The notes under the pieces were generated by a model, which was not told the DNA's origin, searched no databases, and saw only the letters and a list, made by a program, of their open reading frames with translations. A DNA stretch of 32,000 nt from Mycolicibacterium xanthum. Lineage in GTDB: Bacteria > Actinomycetota > Actinomycetes > Mycobacteriales > Mycobacteriaceae. This document shows positions 23,072 to 31,663 of this stretch, piece by piece (within the stretch, counting starts at the first letter, position 1; each line of letters starts with the position of its first letter). The translations under genes were made by a program, and so were the position numbers. Location of the stretch: assembly GCF_019710635.1 (NCBI RefSeq), contig NZ_JAIFZS010000057.1, positions 3,775 to 35,774 of the forward strand, written 5' to 3'.

Positions 23072-24331
23072 ATGCCGACTCCCACCCTCCCGCCCGGCTT
23101 CGACTTCACCGATCCCGACCTCAACTGCGAGCGGCTGCCCGTCGAGGAACTGGCCGAACTGCGCCGCAGCGCGCCGATCTGGTGGAACGAGCAGCCGATC
23201 GGACACGGTGGATTCGACGACGGCGGGTACTGGGTGGTCACCAGGCACCGCGACGTCAAGGAGATCTCCAAGCGCAGCGACGTGTTCTCCAGCCAGGAGA
23301 AGACCGCACTGCCCCGCTACCCCGAGGGCGCCACCGGCGAGCAGATCGACACAGGGAAGTTCGTGCTGCTCAACATGGACGCACCGCACCACACCCACCT
23401 GCGCAAGATCATCTCCCGCGGCTTCACACCGCGCGCGGTCGAGCGCCTGCGCGAGGATCTGCACCAGCGCGCCCAGAACATCGCCAAGGCGGCGGCCGCC
23501 GAGGGCACCGGGGACTTCGTCGAGCAGGTGTCGTGCGAACTGCCTCTGCAGGCCATCGCCGGGCTGCTCGGCGTACCGCTGGAAGACCGCAAGAAACTCT
23601 TCGACTGGTCCAACGAGATGGTCAGCGATGACGATCCCGAGTTCGCGCACTACGACAACCGCAGCGCCGCGACCGAACTGATCATGTACGCGATGCAGTT
23701 GGCGGCACAGCGGGCCGAACACCCGGGCGAGGACATCGTGACCAAGCTGATCGAGGCCGACGTCGAGGGACACAAGCTCTCCGACGACGAGTTCGGGTTC
23801 TTCGTGGTGCTGCTCGCGGTGGCGGGCAACGAGACCACGCGCAACTCGATCACCCACGGCATGGTCGCGTTCACCGAGAACCCCGACCAGTGGGAGCTGT
23901 TCAAGCGGGAACGGCCGGCCACCGCGGTCGACGAGATCGTGCGGTGGGCCACGCCGGTGACCTCGTTCCAGCGCACCGCGCTGCAGGACTACGAGCTGTC
24001 GGGTGTGCCGATCAAGAAGGGCCAGCGCGTCATGATGTCGTACCGCTCGGCCAATTTCGACGAGGAGGTCTTCGACCACCCGTTCTCGTTCGACATCCTG
24101 CGCGACCCCAACCCGCACGTCGGTTTCGGCGGCACCGGCGCGCACTACTGCATCGGCGCCAACCTGGCCCGGATGACGATCGAGTTGATGTTCGAGGCGA
24201 TCGCCGAGCACATGCCCGACCTGGCATCCGTCGGCCGGCCGGACCGGTTGCGCTCCGGCTGGCTCAACGGCATCAAGCACTGGCAGGTCGACTACGCCGG
24301 GCGGGGCGGCTGTCCCGTCGCGCACCGGTAG
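23072..24331 (+). CDS. cyp125: Cytochrome P450 CYP125 family (steroid C26-monooxygenase)
   Basis: The ATG at 23072 follows GGTTAGGAG. LPPGFDFTDPDL, FVEQVSCELPLQAIAGLLGVP, FGFFVVLLAVAGNETTRNSIT, the heme loop HVGFGGTGAHYCIGANLARM and WLNGIKHWQVDY are collinear with M. tuberculosis CYP125 as I recall it. Confidence 0.92.
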   Translation: MPTPTLPPGFDFTDPDLNCERLPVEELAELRRSAPIWWNEQPIGHGGFDDGGYWVVTRHRDVKEISKRSDVFSSQEKTALPRYPEGATGEQIDTGKFVLLNMDAPHHTHLRKIISRGFTPRAVERLREDLHQRAQNIAKAAAAEGTGDFVEQVSCELPLQAIAGLLGVPLEDRKKLFDWSNEMVSDDDPEFAHYDNRSAATELIMYAMQLAAQRAEHPGEDIVTKLIEADVEGHKLSDDEFGFFVVLLAVAGNETTRNSITHGMVAFTENPDQWELFKRERPATAVDEIVRWATPVTSFQRTALQDYELSGVPIKKGQRVMMSYRSANFDEEVFDHPFSFDILRDPNPHVGFGGTGAHYCIGANLARMTIELMFEAIAEHMPDLASVGRPDRLRSGWLNGIKHWQVDYAGRGGCPVAHR

Positions 24332-24665
24332 TCCGGTCCCCCGCAGCACCGACCGGATAGTCGACGATGCTGCGCCAATAGTCCTCGGGGATCTCCTGAT
24401 TCGCACGCAGCACCATCGCCAGCCCGATGGCCATCGCGACCCCGAGCAGGCCCAGCCACAGCCCGGCCAGCCCGATCAGCGCCCACATCACCGTGGTCAG
24501 CACCGGCCAGGGCGAGAGCAGGGCGAGCACCGGCGCGAAGAAGAACCCGGTGCCGACGTACCACGACGATCCGGCGCGGTCGCAGATCAGCACCAGCCGC
24601 AGCCAGCGCGGAACCGGAACCCGCTCGGCCGTCGGCGCGGAGGTGGGTGACGTGGTCGGGCCCAT
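24273..24665 (-). CDS. Hypothetical membrane protein (about 3 TM helices)
   Basis: The internal ATG at 24665 of ORF 24273..24791 follows GGAGAGAGG. Hydrophobic segments are FFFAPVLALLSPWPVLTTVMWALIGLAGLWLGLLGVAMAIGLAMVL. The 3' end overlaps cyp125 by 59 bp. Confidence 0.55.
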   Translation of the reverse strand: MGPTTSPTSAPTAERVPVPRWLRLVLICDRAGSSWYVGTGFFFAPVLALLSPWPVLTTVMWALIGLAGLWLGLLGVAMAIGLAMVLRANQEIPEDYWRSIVDYPVGAAGDRTTGARRDSRPARRSRPASA

Positions 24666-24768
24666 CGTTTCGCCTCTCTCCCGGCGGTCCTTCCACGGTG
24701 CGCCGCGCTGGTAAGCGGCGCAATTACCTGTGAGGTAGTGGTCACGCTGCTCAGACCGGGCCACACTG

Positions 24769-25560
24769 ATGCCCATGGCGGGTGTGCACACTCACGGCGG
24801 GTCGTTCGGCGCGATGCTGCGCCGCTGGCGGCATCGCCGCCGGCTGAGCCAGCTCGACCTCGCCGTCGAGGCCGGCGTCTCGGCCCGGCATGTCAGCTTC
24901 GTCGAGACCGGACGGTCGGCGCCGAGCAGGGCCATGGTGCTCAGGCTCGCCGGTGTGCTCGACATCCCGGAGCGGGAACGGAATCGGTTGCTGATCGCGG
25001 CGGGCCTGGCCCCGGCCTACGCCGAGCGGTCCCTGGACGCCCCGGAGATGGCGGCGGTCCGCGCGGGTGTGCAGCGGGTGCTCGACGCCTACGACCCCTA
25101 TCCCTGTGTGGTCGTCGACAGCGGCTGGTGGATCCTGCAGGCCAACCCCGGCGCCACGCTGCTCCTCGACGGTGTTGCGGCCCATCTGTTGGCGCGACCG
25201 AATGCGCTGCGCATCGCGCTGCACCCGGACGGCCTGGCCCCGCGCATCGCCAACCTCGCCGAGTGGCGCACCCACCTGACCGAACGTCTGCGGCGCGAGG
25301 TGGCCGTCGTCGATTCGGAGCGGTCGGCCGAGCTGGCCGGCCTGCTCGCCGAGATCGAGTCCTTCCCGGGCGGATTCGCCGACACCGCCGATCTCGGCGG
25401 GGTCGCGGTACCGCTCGAGCTGCAGACCACCGACGGTCGGCTGCTGCGGTTCTTGAGCATGGTCACCACGTTCGGCACCGCGCTGGACCTCACGGCGGCC
25501 GAGCTGAGCATCGAGGCGTTCCTGCCCGCCGACGAGGCCACCGCCGCCGCGCTGCGCTGA
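24769..25560 (+). CDS. XRE-family HTH regulator with an MmyB-like C-terminal ligand-binding domain
   Basis: FGAMLRRWRHRRRLSQLDLAVEAGVSARHVSFVETGRSAPSRAMVLRLAGVLDIP is the HTH. The C-terminal part with YPCVVVD, NALRIALHPDGLAP and FLSMVTTFGTALD is typical of the MmyB family. An alternative ATG lies at 24775. Confidence 0.85.
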   Translation: MPMAGVHTHGGSFGAMLRRWRHRRRLSQLDLAVEAGVSARHVSFVETGRSAPSRAMVLRLAGVLDIPERERNRLLIAAGLAPAYAERSLDAPEMAAVRAGVQRVLDAYDPYPCVVVDSGWWILQANPGATLLLDGVAAHLLARPNALRIALHPDGLAPRIANLAEWRTHLTERLRREVAVVDSERSAELAGLLAEIESFPGGFADTADLGGVAVPLELQTTDGRLLRFLSMVTTFGTALDLTAAELSIEAFLPADEATAAALR

Positions 25561-25622
25561 AACGCGAGGACCCGCGGCAATCCGGCCGGGCAACCGGCGG
25601 GCAGCGCATAGAGTCTGGCGAT

Positions 25623-26048
25623 ATGGAGACCCGACGCTTCGTGACCGCCGCCGCGGCGGGTGTGGCCATCTTTGCGGCGGCCGCGTGTTCGACCCCGGAG
25701 CCGGCACTCGGCGGCACCACCGCGACCGTCACCATCGACGGCGAGGACACCGGCGGTGCGCACGCCGTGCGGTGCCACCAGTCGGGGTTCGCCTGGTACA
25801 TCGAGACACCGGAGAAGGACAACGGCTTCACCGCGGTGCTGCGCACCGGCGGGGACGTGACCGCCGAGTCGGTGGCCTTCCGCGACTTCGGCGGGTTCAC
25901 CGGCACGTTCTGGGCCGACAACATCGGCGACGCCCGGGCCACCGGGACCGGCGGCGCCTACACGATCACCGGGACCGCTAACGGCAACTTCACCGACAAC
26001 CCGAGCAAGACCGTGACCGCGGAGTTCCGGATCGAGGCCGACTGCTGA
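25623..26048 (+). CDS. LpqH-family (19-kDa-antigen-like) lipoprotein
   Basis: The ATG at 25623 gives the signal and lipobox VAIFAAAAC followed by S. VTIDGEDTGGAHAVRCHQSG...TITGTANG...FRIEADC matches the LpqH family, including the conserved Cys pair. Confidence 0.85.
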   Translation: METRRFVTAAAAGVAIFAAAACSTPEPALGGTTATVTIDGEDTGGAHAVRCHQSGFAWYIETPEKDNGFTAVLRTGGDVTAESVAFRDFGGFTGTFWADNIGDARATGTGGAYTITGTANGNFTDNPSKTVTAEFRIEADC

Positions 26049-26065
26049 ACTGCCGCCGCCGGCAA

Positions 26066-26185
26066 GCCGACGCCGGCCTGCTTGGCCTCCGCCACGACGG
26101 CGCGCGCCGCATCCGAAACCGCCTTTAGCTCCCCGTCGGGAAAGACCATCGCGCCACTCGGGAACGAGATCAGGTACTTCGTCAT
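26066..26185 (-). pseudogene. N-terminal remnant (about 40 codons) of a YciI-like small protein gene
   Basis: MTKYLISFPSGAMVFPDGELKAVSDAARAVVAEAKQAGV resembles the N-terminus of an actinobacterial YciI-like family that normally continues WVFGGG. Here the frame instead runs into the antisense of the lpqH 3' end (ORF 25958..26209). The family assignment is from memory only. Confidence 0.4.
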
Positions 26186-26212
26186 CGCGTCGGGCGGCGG
26201 GACCGACAAGCC

Positions 26213-27013
26213 TCAGGCCTGAACGACGATCGGATCACCGATCCGGACGGTGTCGAAGTACCACGCGGCGTTGTCCGGGCTGAGGTTGATGCAGCCGTGG
26301 CTGACGTTGGCGTACCCCTGGGAACCCACCGACCACGGCGCGGAGTGGACGTAGACACCTCCCCAGGTGACCCGGACGGCGTACTCGCCCTTGATCAGGT
26401 AGCCCTCGGGGTCGTCGAGTGGGATCCCGATGGTGCGGGAGTCGAAAGTGATGTTGCGCTCCCTGCTCAGCGCGGTGAACGTGCCGATCGGGGTGGGGTA
26501 CTTCGGCTTGCCCATCGAGGCGGGCATCTGCCGGGCGACCTCGCCGTCGATGCTGACGGTGAACGTGTAGGCGCTCAGGTCGGCCACGGCGACCACCGCG
26601 GAGCCGGTCTGGAAGCTGGTCTGGAACCCGCCGACGGCGACGTTGATCGGTGTGTGCGCGGGGAAGAACTCCGCAGGCGTCCATTGCACGGAGCGATCGT
26701 CGAGCCAGCTGAACGAGCCTTCCGGGGCGCCCGCATCGGCGGCGCCCGCAGGTGTCACCAGGATCTCCTGCTCGGCGGCCGCCCGGTCGGCGACCGGATC
26801 GGCGAACGTCACCGTCACCGGGTGGGCCACGCCGACGGTCTCGCCCGGCGCGGGCGTCACCGCCACCACACCGTCGGGGATCGCGGCGCCCGCCTGCAGG
26901 ATCGGGCCTGCGGTCGAGAAGCCGGCGAGGACGGCCATCGCACCCGTCACGGCCGCGACGCGGATCAGGACACCGCGCAGGCGGTGTGTTTGCTGAAAGC
27001 AAGTGATCGGCAC
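26213..27013 (-). CDS. L,D-transpeptidase (YkuD domain with an N-terminal Ig-like domain)
   Basis: Active-site motif YVHSAPWSVGSQGYANVSHGCINLS, with the signal/anchor AAVTGAMAVLAGFSTAG. The size is similar to the short mycobacterial Ldt paralogs. Confidence 0.9.
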   Translation of the reverse strand: MPITCFQQTHRLRGVLIRVAAVTGAMAVLAGFSTAGPILQAGAAIPDGVVAVTPAPGETVGVAHPVTVTFADPVADRAAAEQEILVTPAGAADAGAPEGSFSWLDDRSVQWTPAEFFPAHTPINVAVGGFQTSFQTGSAVVAVADLSAYTFTVSIDGEVARQMPASMGKPKYPTPIGTFTALSRERNITFDSRTIGIPLDDPEGYLIKGEYAVRVTWGGVYVHSAPWSVGSQGYANVSHGCINLSPDNAAWYFDTVRIGDPIVVQA

Positions 27014-27123
27014 GGTCTCATCCTAGTTCGTGATGGCGATTCGGCGTCGATATTGCTGGTCCACGGCCGATCGGCGCCGGTGTCCGGCGTGCCTGGTCTA
27101 TCGGGGCCGGCGGCCGGATCGTT

Positions 27124-27750
27124 TCACGGCGATTCGGTCCGCAACGGGACCGCAGCCCGGTGCGCGGCCAGCAGCAGGTAGCCGAGCGCCAGCACACAGG
27201 CCGCCAGGGTGCCGACGTTGAGTGCCACGGTGGCCGACCCGACGGTCGCCGGATCGAGGAAGAAGTACGGGGCCCGCCGCCCCGCGGTGTTCAGCACGAG
27301 CAGCGCCAGCGCCAGGTAGCCGGCCGGGTAGATCAGCCACGCCAGCGGCTGCCACCAGGCCACCCTGCTGGCGCCGCGCCCGACCAGCAGCCAGTCGGCC
27401 AGGACCAGCACCGGCACGACCACGTGCAGCAGCAGGTTGGCCACCGTGTAGCCCATGCTGTGGCCGGTCAGGAACAGATTCCAGACCACCCCGGCGGTCA
27501 CGACGTAGAGCACCACCGCGCCCCGCAGGCCCACCCGGGCGTCGGCGCGCGGCCGGGCCAGGGTCCACAGGTAGTACGCGGCGGCCAGCAGGTTGGCCTG
27601 GTAGGTGAAGGTGATCAGCCGCCACCACAGCCCCCACTGCGAGGTCGTCGCGACGACGATCAGCGCGACGAGCACCGCGGTGACGATCGTCAGGCGCAGC
27701 GCCTTGCGCAACACGGCGGCGGCTGGGGCCGGATCGGGCGTGCTCACCAC
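27124..27750 (-). CDS. Integral membrane protein (Pr6Pr/FAR-17a-AIG1-like, 6 TM helices)
   Basis: 208 aa with six hydrophobic helices. FTYQANLLAAAYYLW and NLLLHVVVPVLVLADWLL resemble this family. The assignment is tentative. Confidence 0.65.
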   Translation of the reverse strand: MVSTPDPAPAAAVLRKALRLTIVTAVLVALIVVATTSQWGLWWRLITFTYQANLLAAAYYLWTLARPRADARVGLRGAVVLYVVTAGVVWNLFLTGHSMGYTVANLLLHVVVPVLVLADWLLVGRGASRVAWWQPLAWLIYPAGYLALALLVLNTAGRRAPYFFLDPATVGSATVALNVGTLAACVLALGYLLLAAHRAAVPLRTESP

Positions 27751-27790
27751 GCCGAGCGTATCCGCCGAACCGGGTGGCCGCCCGCGACCG

Positions 27791-29041
27791 CTACGGCAGC
27801 GGCGGGACCGGCGCCGGCGCCACGGGCGGGACCTCGGGAACCGGCTCGCCGCCGACGCCGGCCAGCCGATCGCGGATGCGCTGCAGCAGACCCGGCTGTT
27901 GCTCGGGCACCGGCGGCGGAACCACCTCGCCGGCCGGCGGCGCGGCCTCGATCGGCACCCCGGGTGAGTCGGGAAGCGGCGCCTCGGGCAGCGGCACGTC
28001 GGCCGGGACCTCGGCCGGCACCGCGTCGATGATCGGCGCGGCCTCCTCGAGGGTCACCGGTTCGGCGGCCGGAATCTCCTCGGCGGGGGCCTCCGGAAGC
28101 GCCGGGGCCTCGGGCGCCGGAGCGGGTGCCTGCGGCGCGGGCCGGGACACCGCGACCGGTGTCTGGACCAACGAGTCGGCGGTCGGTCGGGATTGCGCCA
28201 TCGGCTGTTCGGGCCCCAGGTGCAGTGCCACCGCGGCCGACGCCGATGCCACGAACGTCACCGCGCCGGCGGCCAGCATCGCCGCGGGCCAGGCCTGGCC
28301 CACCCGTCGTGCGCCGCGTCGCAGCGCGGACCGCTGCCGACGGCCGTCGGTGGCCCACGCCCCGTGCTCGGCGGGCTGCGCGCACGCCAGCGCGGCGCCC
28401 CGGGCGAGCGCGAGCCCGGCTTCCGGCGGGGCGAACACCGGGACCGAGAGCGCATCCTCGAGTACCGGGGAGAGCCCGTCGAGATCCTCCGCGGATCCGA
28501 CGAGCACGAGCGCCTGCGGTGACCAGTCGGTCTTGGCGAACACCGAACTCAGCCAACCGACCAGGTCCTCCTCGGTCACCACCGTGTGGTTCACCGCGGT
28601 CTGCAGCGCGCCGGTGTCCGCGTGCACCACCATCGCGATCAGCCGGGGGGGCTCGATCACGCACACCGCGGTGGTGTCATACCCCGTCACCTCGGCGATG
28701 CCGCGGGCGAGTGCGTCGGTGGCCTCCGACAACCGCACCGGTACGACGTTGTCGAAACCGGCGTCGTTGAGCGACTTCACCAGCAGCGACGCCTCGACGT
28801 CGGCGTCGTCACTCCAGGTCACACCGATGGAGTGCACCCGCTGTCCCCGGTCGGCGGCGATCGCCTCGGTGCGCCGCACCGCCGCGGTCGCGCGTTCCGA
28901 GGTCTGGGCGGCGCCGGTCGCGCCGTGCCGGTTCACCTCGAACCCTTCGCCGTTCATCGTCGCGCCGTCGGTCTCACACCCGTCCACCAGGACCAGACCG
29001 ACAGCGGACGGCGTCACCGACAAGCCCAGCACCGCGTCCAC
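27791..29041 (-). CDS. Bitopic membrane protein: conserved N-terminal cytoplasmic domain, a single TM helix, and a Pro/Ala/Glu-rich C-terminal tail
   Basis: The GTG at 29041 follows a strong AAGGAG Shine-Dalgarno sequence (cgAAGGAGtgtttgGTG). The N-terminus is VDAVLGLSVTPSAVGLVLVDG and the TM helix is WPAAMLAAGAVTFVASASAAVAL. The tail carries PEAP/PAEVP-type repeats. Confidence 0.75.
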   Translation of the reverse strand: MDAVLGLSVTPSAVGLVLVDGCETDGATMNGEGFEVNRHGATGAAQTSERATAAVRRTEAIAADRGQRVHSIGVTWSDDADVEASLLVKSLNDAGFDNVVPVRLSEATDALARGIAEVTGYDTTAVCVIEPPRLIAMVVHADTGALQTAVNHTVVTEEDLVGWLSSVFAKTDWSPQALVLVGSAEDLDGLSPVLEDALSVPVFAPPEAGLALARGAALACAQPAEHGAWATDGRRQRSALRRGARRVGQAWPAAMLAAGAVTFVASASAAVALHLGPEQPMAQSRPTADSLVQTPVAVSRPAPQAPAPAPEAPALPEAPAEEIPAAEPVTLEEAAPIIDAVPAEVPADVPLPEAPLPDSPGVPIEAAPPAGEVVPPPVPEQQPGLLQRIRDRLAGVGGEPVPEVPPVAPAPVPPLP

Positions 29042-29148
29042 CAAACACTCCTTCGCCGCGCCGCGGCTCTGACCCCCCGCGACGCAATCCCGGGAGACCC
29101 TACCTGTCGGCCACCCCGAATTGCACAACCGTCAGTTGCGGTGCCGGG

Positions 29149-30129
29149 TCATCCGGCCATGATCTCGCGGAACAGCGCCGGCTCGATGTTGCCGCCGGAC
29201 ACCACCGCCACCGTCGGACCCGGCGGCGTCGTCCCCTGCCGGAACCCCGCCAGCGCCACCGCTCCGCTGGGTTCGGCGACCAGGTGGGCTCGCTCGGCGA
29301 GTTCCCGCACCGCCGCGCGGATCTCGTCCTCGGACACCGTGATCATCTCGTCGACGACCCGTTGCAGATGCGCGAACGTCAACGCCGACGGCTGGGAGCG
29401 CAATCCGTCGGCGATCGTGCGGTTGCGGTCCTCGATCGGCCAGTCCACCCGGTGCCCGACGGCCAGCCCCGCGGCCGTGTCGGCGGCCAGTTCGGGCTCG
29501 ACACCGACGATTCTGGCCCGCGGGCACAGCGCCCTGATCGCCACGCCGATGCCGGAGGCCAGGCCTCCCCCGCTGACCGGGACCAGCACCGTGGCGACCC
29601 CGGGCAGGTCCGCGGCGATCTCCAGGCCGACGGTGCCCTGCCCGGCGATCACCAGGGGGTCGTCGAACGGCGCGATCAGCACACCGCCGGTCTGTTCGAG
29701 CACCTGCGCGGCCACCTCCTCACGCCGGCCCGCACCGCACAGCACGACCCGGGCCCCGTGTCCGCGGGTCGCCGCCACCTTGACCGCGGGCGTCTCCTCG
29801 GGCATCACGATGTGCGCGGGCAGCCCGAAGGTGGCCGCGGCGTAGGCGACCGCCTGGGCGTGGTTGCCGCTCGAGTAGGCGACGACCGCGGTGTCTATGC
29901 CCGTAGCCCTGCCCGTATCGATGCCCGCGCCGGCCTCCTCGACCAGGGCGCCGATCGCGTTGAACGCCCCGCGCACCTTGAACGCCCCGATGGGCTGCAG
30001 GCTCTCCGGCTTGAGCCACAGCGCCGGCTCGCGCCCTCCCCACGGCGCCGCCAGAAGTGGGGTGCGCACGACATGCGGGCGGATCCGGTCTGCGGCCGCC
30101 CGGATGTCGTCGATCGTGACGAGGTCCAT
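29149..30129 (-). CDS. PLP-dependent threonine/serine dehydratase (short IlvA/serine racemase-like)
   Basis: The ATG at 30129 gives MDLVTIDDIRAAADRI. The PLP-Lys motif is PIGAFKVRGA, followed by SSGNHAQAVAYAA and VPVSGGGLASG. Confidence 0.88.
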   Translation of the reverse strand: MDLVTIDDIRAAADRIRPHVVRTPLLAAPWGGREPALWLKPESLQPIGAFKVRGAFNAIGALVEEAGAGIDTGRATGIDTAVVAYSSGNHAQAVAYAAATFGLPAHIVMPEETPAVKVAATRGHGARVVLCGAGRREEVAAQVLEQTGGVLIAPFDDPLVIAGQGTVGLEIAADLPGVATVLVPVSGGGLASGIGVAIRALCPRARIVGVEPELAADTAAGLAVGHRVDWPIEDRNRTIADGLRSQPSALTFAHLQRVVDEMITVSEDEIRAAVRELAERAHLVAEPSGAVALAGFRQGTTPPGPTVAVVSGGNIEPALFREIMAG

Positions 30130-30142
30130 CGGTCCAGTCTTT

Positions 30143-30577
30143 ATGGTCGGGGGCGTGAGCGTGTTCTCGATGCCGGTGGTGCCGCGATACGCCGAGGTCC
30201 ACCAGCAGGGCGTGGTTTTCAACGGCCACTACCTGACGTGGTTCGACGAGGCATGCACCGGACTGCTCGACGAGCTCGGGGTGGCCTATCCGGACCTGAT
30301 GTCCGACGGCTACGACTTCATGGTGGTGCACAGCGAGATCGACTTCGCCGGTCCGGTGCGCTGGCGCGACACCGTCTGCGTCACCGCACAGTGCACCGGT
30401 GTCGGTTCCAGCAGCTTCACGATCGGCTTCGGCGTGCTGGCCGGCACCCCGGGTGGCGAGCAGCGGCTCGCGGTGCGCGGCCACAACGTCTACGTCGTGG
30501 TGTCCACCGACGACTGGGCGAAGCGGCCGATCCCGGACGGACTGCGCTCGGCTTTGACACATTCGGCGGGCGGTTGA
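30143..30577 (+). CDS. Hotdog-fold acyl-CoA thioesterase (4HBT/YbgC-like)
   Basis: VVPRYAEVHQQGVVFNGHYLTWFDEA is typical of the 4HBT N-terminus. It is divergent from the dehydratase gene. The start is ambiguous (30143, 30155, 30161 or 30170). Confidence 0.8.
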   Translation: MVGGVSVFSMPVVPRYAEVHQQGVVFNGHYLTWFDEACTGLLDELGVAYPDLMSDGYDFMVVHSEIDFAGPVRWRDTVCVTAQCTGVGSSSFTIGFGVLAGTPGGEQRLAVRGHNVYVVVSTDDWAKRPIPDGLRSALTHSAGG

Positions 30578-30593
30578 GCGGTAGGTTCGTCTC

Positions 30594-31634
30594 ATGGGCC
30601 ACGATCACGATCACCACCGCGAGATTCCGCCCGGGATGGCCGAGCAGCTCGACCTGGCATACGCGGGCGTGACGTCGTTCGGGCACCGGCCGTTCCTGAC
30701 CGAGGTCGAGCAGCTGGATTCGTGGAAACCCGACGTCGCGGTCGTCGGAGCCCCGTTCGACGTCGGCACCACCAACCGTCCCGGTGCCCGGTTCGGGCCG
30801 CGCGCCATCCGCGCGACGGCCTACGAGCCGGGCACCTACCACCTGGATCTCGGGCTGGAGATCTTCGACTGGCTCGAGGTCGTCGACTTCGGTGACGCGT
30901 ACTGCCCGCACGGTCAGACCGAGGTCTCGCACGCCAACATCCGCGAACGGGTGCACGCGATCGCGTCGCGCGGCATCGTGCCCGTGATCCTCGGCGGCGA
31001 TCACTCCATCACCTGGCCGGCGGCGACCGCGGTGGCGGATTTTCACGGGTACGGCAACGTCGGCATCGTCCACTTCGACGCGCACGCCGACACCGCCGAC
31101 GAGATCGAGGGCAACCTGGCCAGCCACGGAACACCGATGCGCCGGCTGATCGAGTCGGGGGCGGTGCCCGGATCGCATTTCGTGCAGGTCGGGCTGCGCG
31201 GCTACTGGCCGCCGCAGGACACCTTCGAGTGGATGCTCGAGCAGCGCATGACCTGGCACACGATGCAGGAGATCTGGGAGCGCGGCTTCAAGGCCGTCAT
31301 GGCCGACGCCGTGGGCGAGGCGCTGGCCAAGGCCGACAAGCTCTACGTCTCGGTGGACATCGACGTACTCGACCCGGCGCACGCCCCGGGTACCGGCACC
31401 CCGGAGCCCGGCGGCATCACCAGCGCCGACCTGCTGCGGATGGTGCGCCAACTGTGCTACGAGCACGACGTCGCCGGTGTGGACGTCGTCGAGGTGGCCC
31501 CGGCCTACGACCACGCCGAGCTGACCGTCAATGCCGCGCACCGGGTGGTGTTCGAGGCGCTGGCGGGCATGGCCGCCAGGCGCCGTGACGCGGCGGGTGA
31601 GGAGCCGGGCCAGCCGGCCCAGTCCTACCGCTGA
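30594..31634 (+). CDS. Agmatinase/ureohydrolase-family enzyme (arginase fold)
   Basis: Mn-ligand motifs LGGDHSITWP, VHFDAHADT and SVDIDVLDPAHAPGTGTPEPGG. It starts 16 bp after the thioesterase gene. Confidence 0.9.
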   Translation: MGHDHDHHREIPPGMAEQLDLAYAGVTSFGHRPFLTEVEQLDSWKPDVAVVGAPFDVGTTNRPGARFGPRAIRATAYEPGTYHLDLGLEIFDWLEVVDFGDAYCPHGQTEVSHANIRERVHAIASRGIVPVILGGDHSITWPAATAVADFHGYGNVGIVHFDAHADTADEIEGNLASHGTPMRRLIESGAVPGSHFVQVGLRGYWPPQDTFEWMLEQRMTWHTMQEIWERGFKAVMADAVGEALAKADKLYVSVDIDVLDPAHAPGTGTPEPGGITSADLLRMVRQLCYEHDVAGVDVVEVAPAYDHAELTVNAAHRVVFEALAGMAARRRDAAGEEPGQPAQSYR

Positions 31635-31644
31635 CTCAGGTCTT

Positions 31645-31663
31645 GGCCGGGCTGAACCCGGCC
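31645..31663 (+). terminator. Hairpin downstream of the agmatinase gene (I-shaped, no U-tract)
   Basis: GGCCGGG (31645-31651), loop CTGAA, CCCGGCC (31657-31663). It starts 11 nt after the stop codon. Confidence 0.4.
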
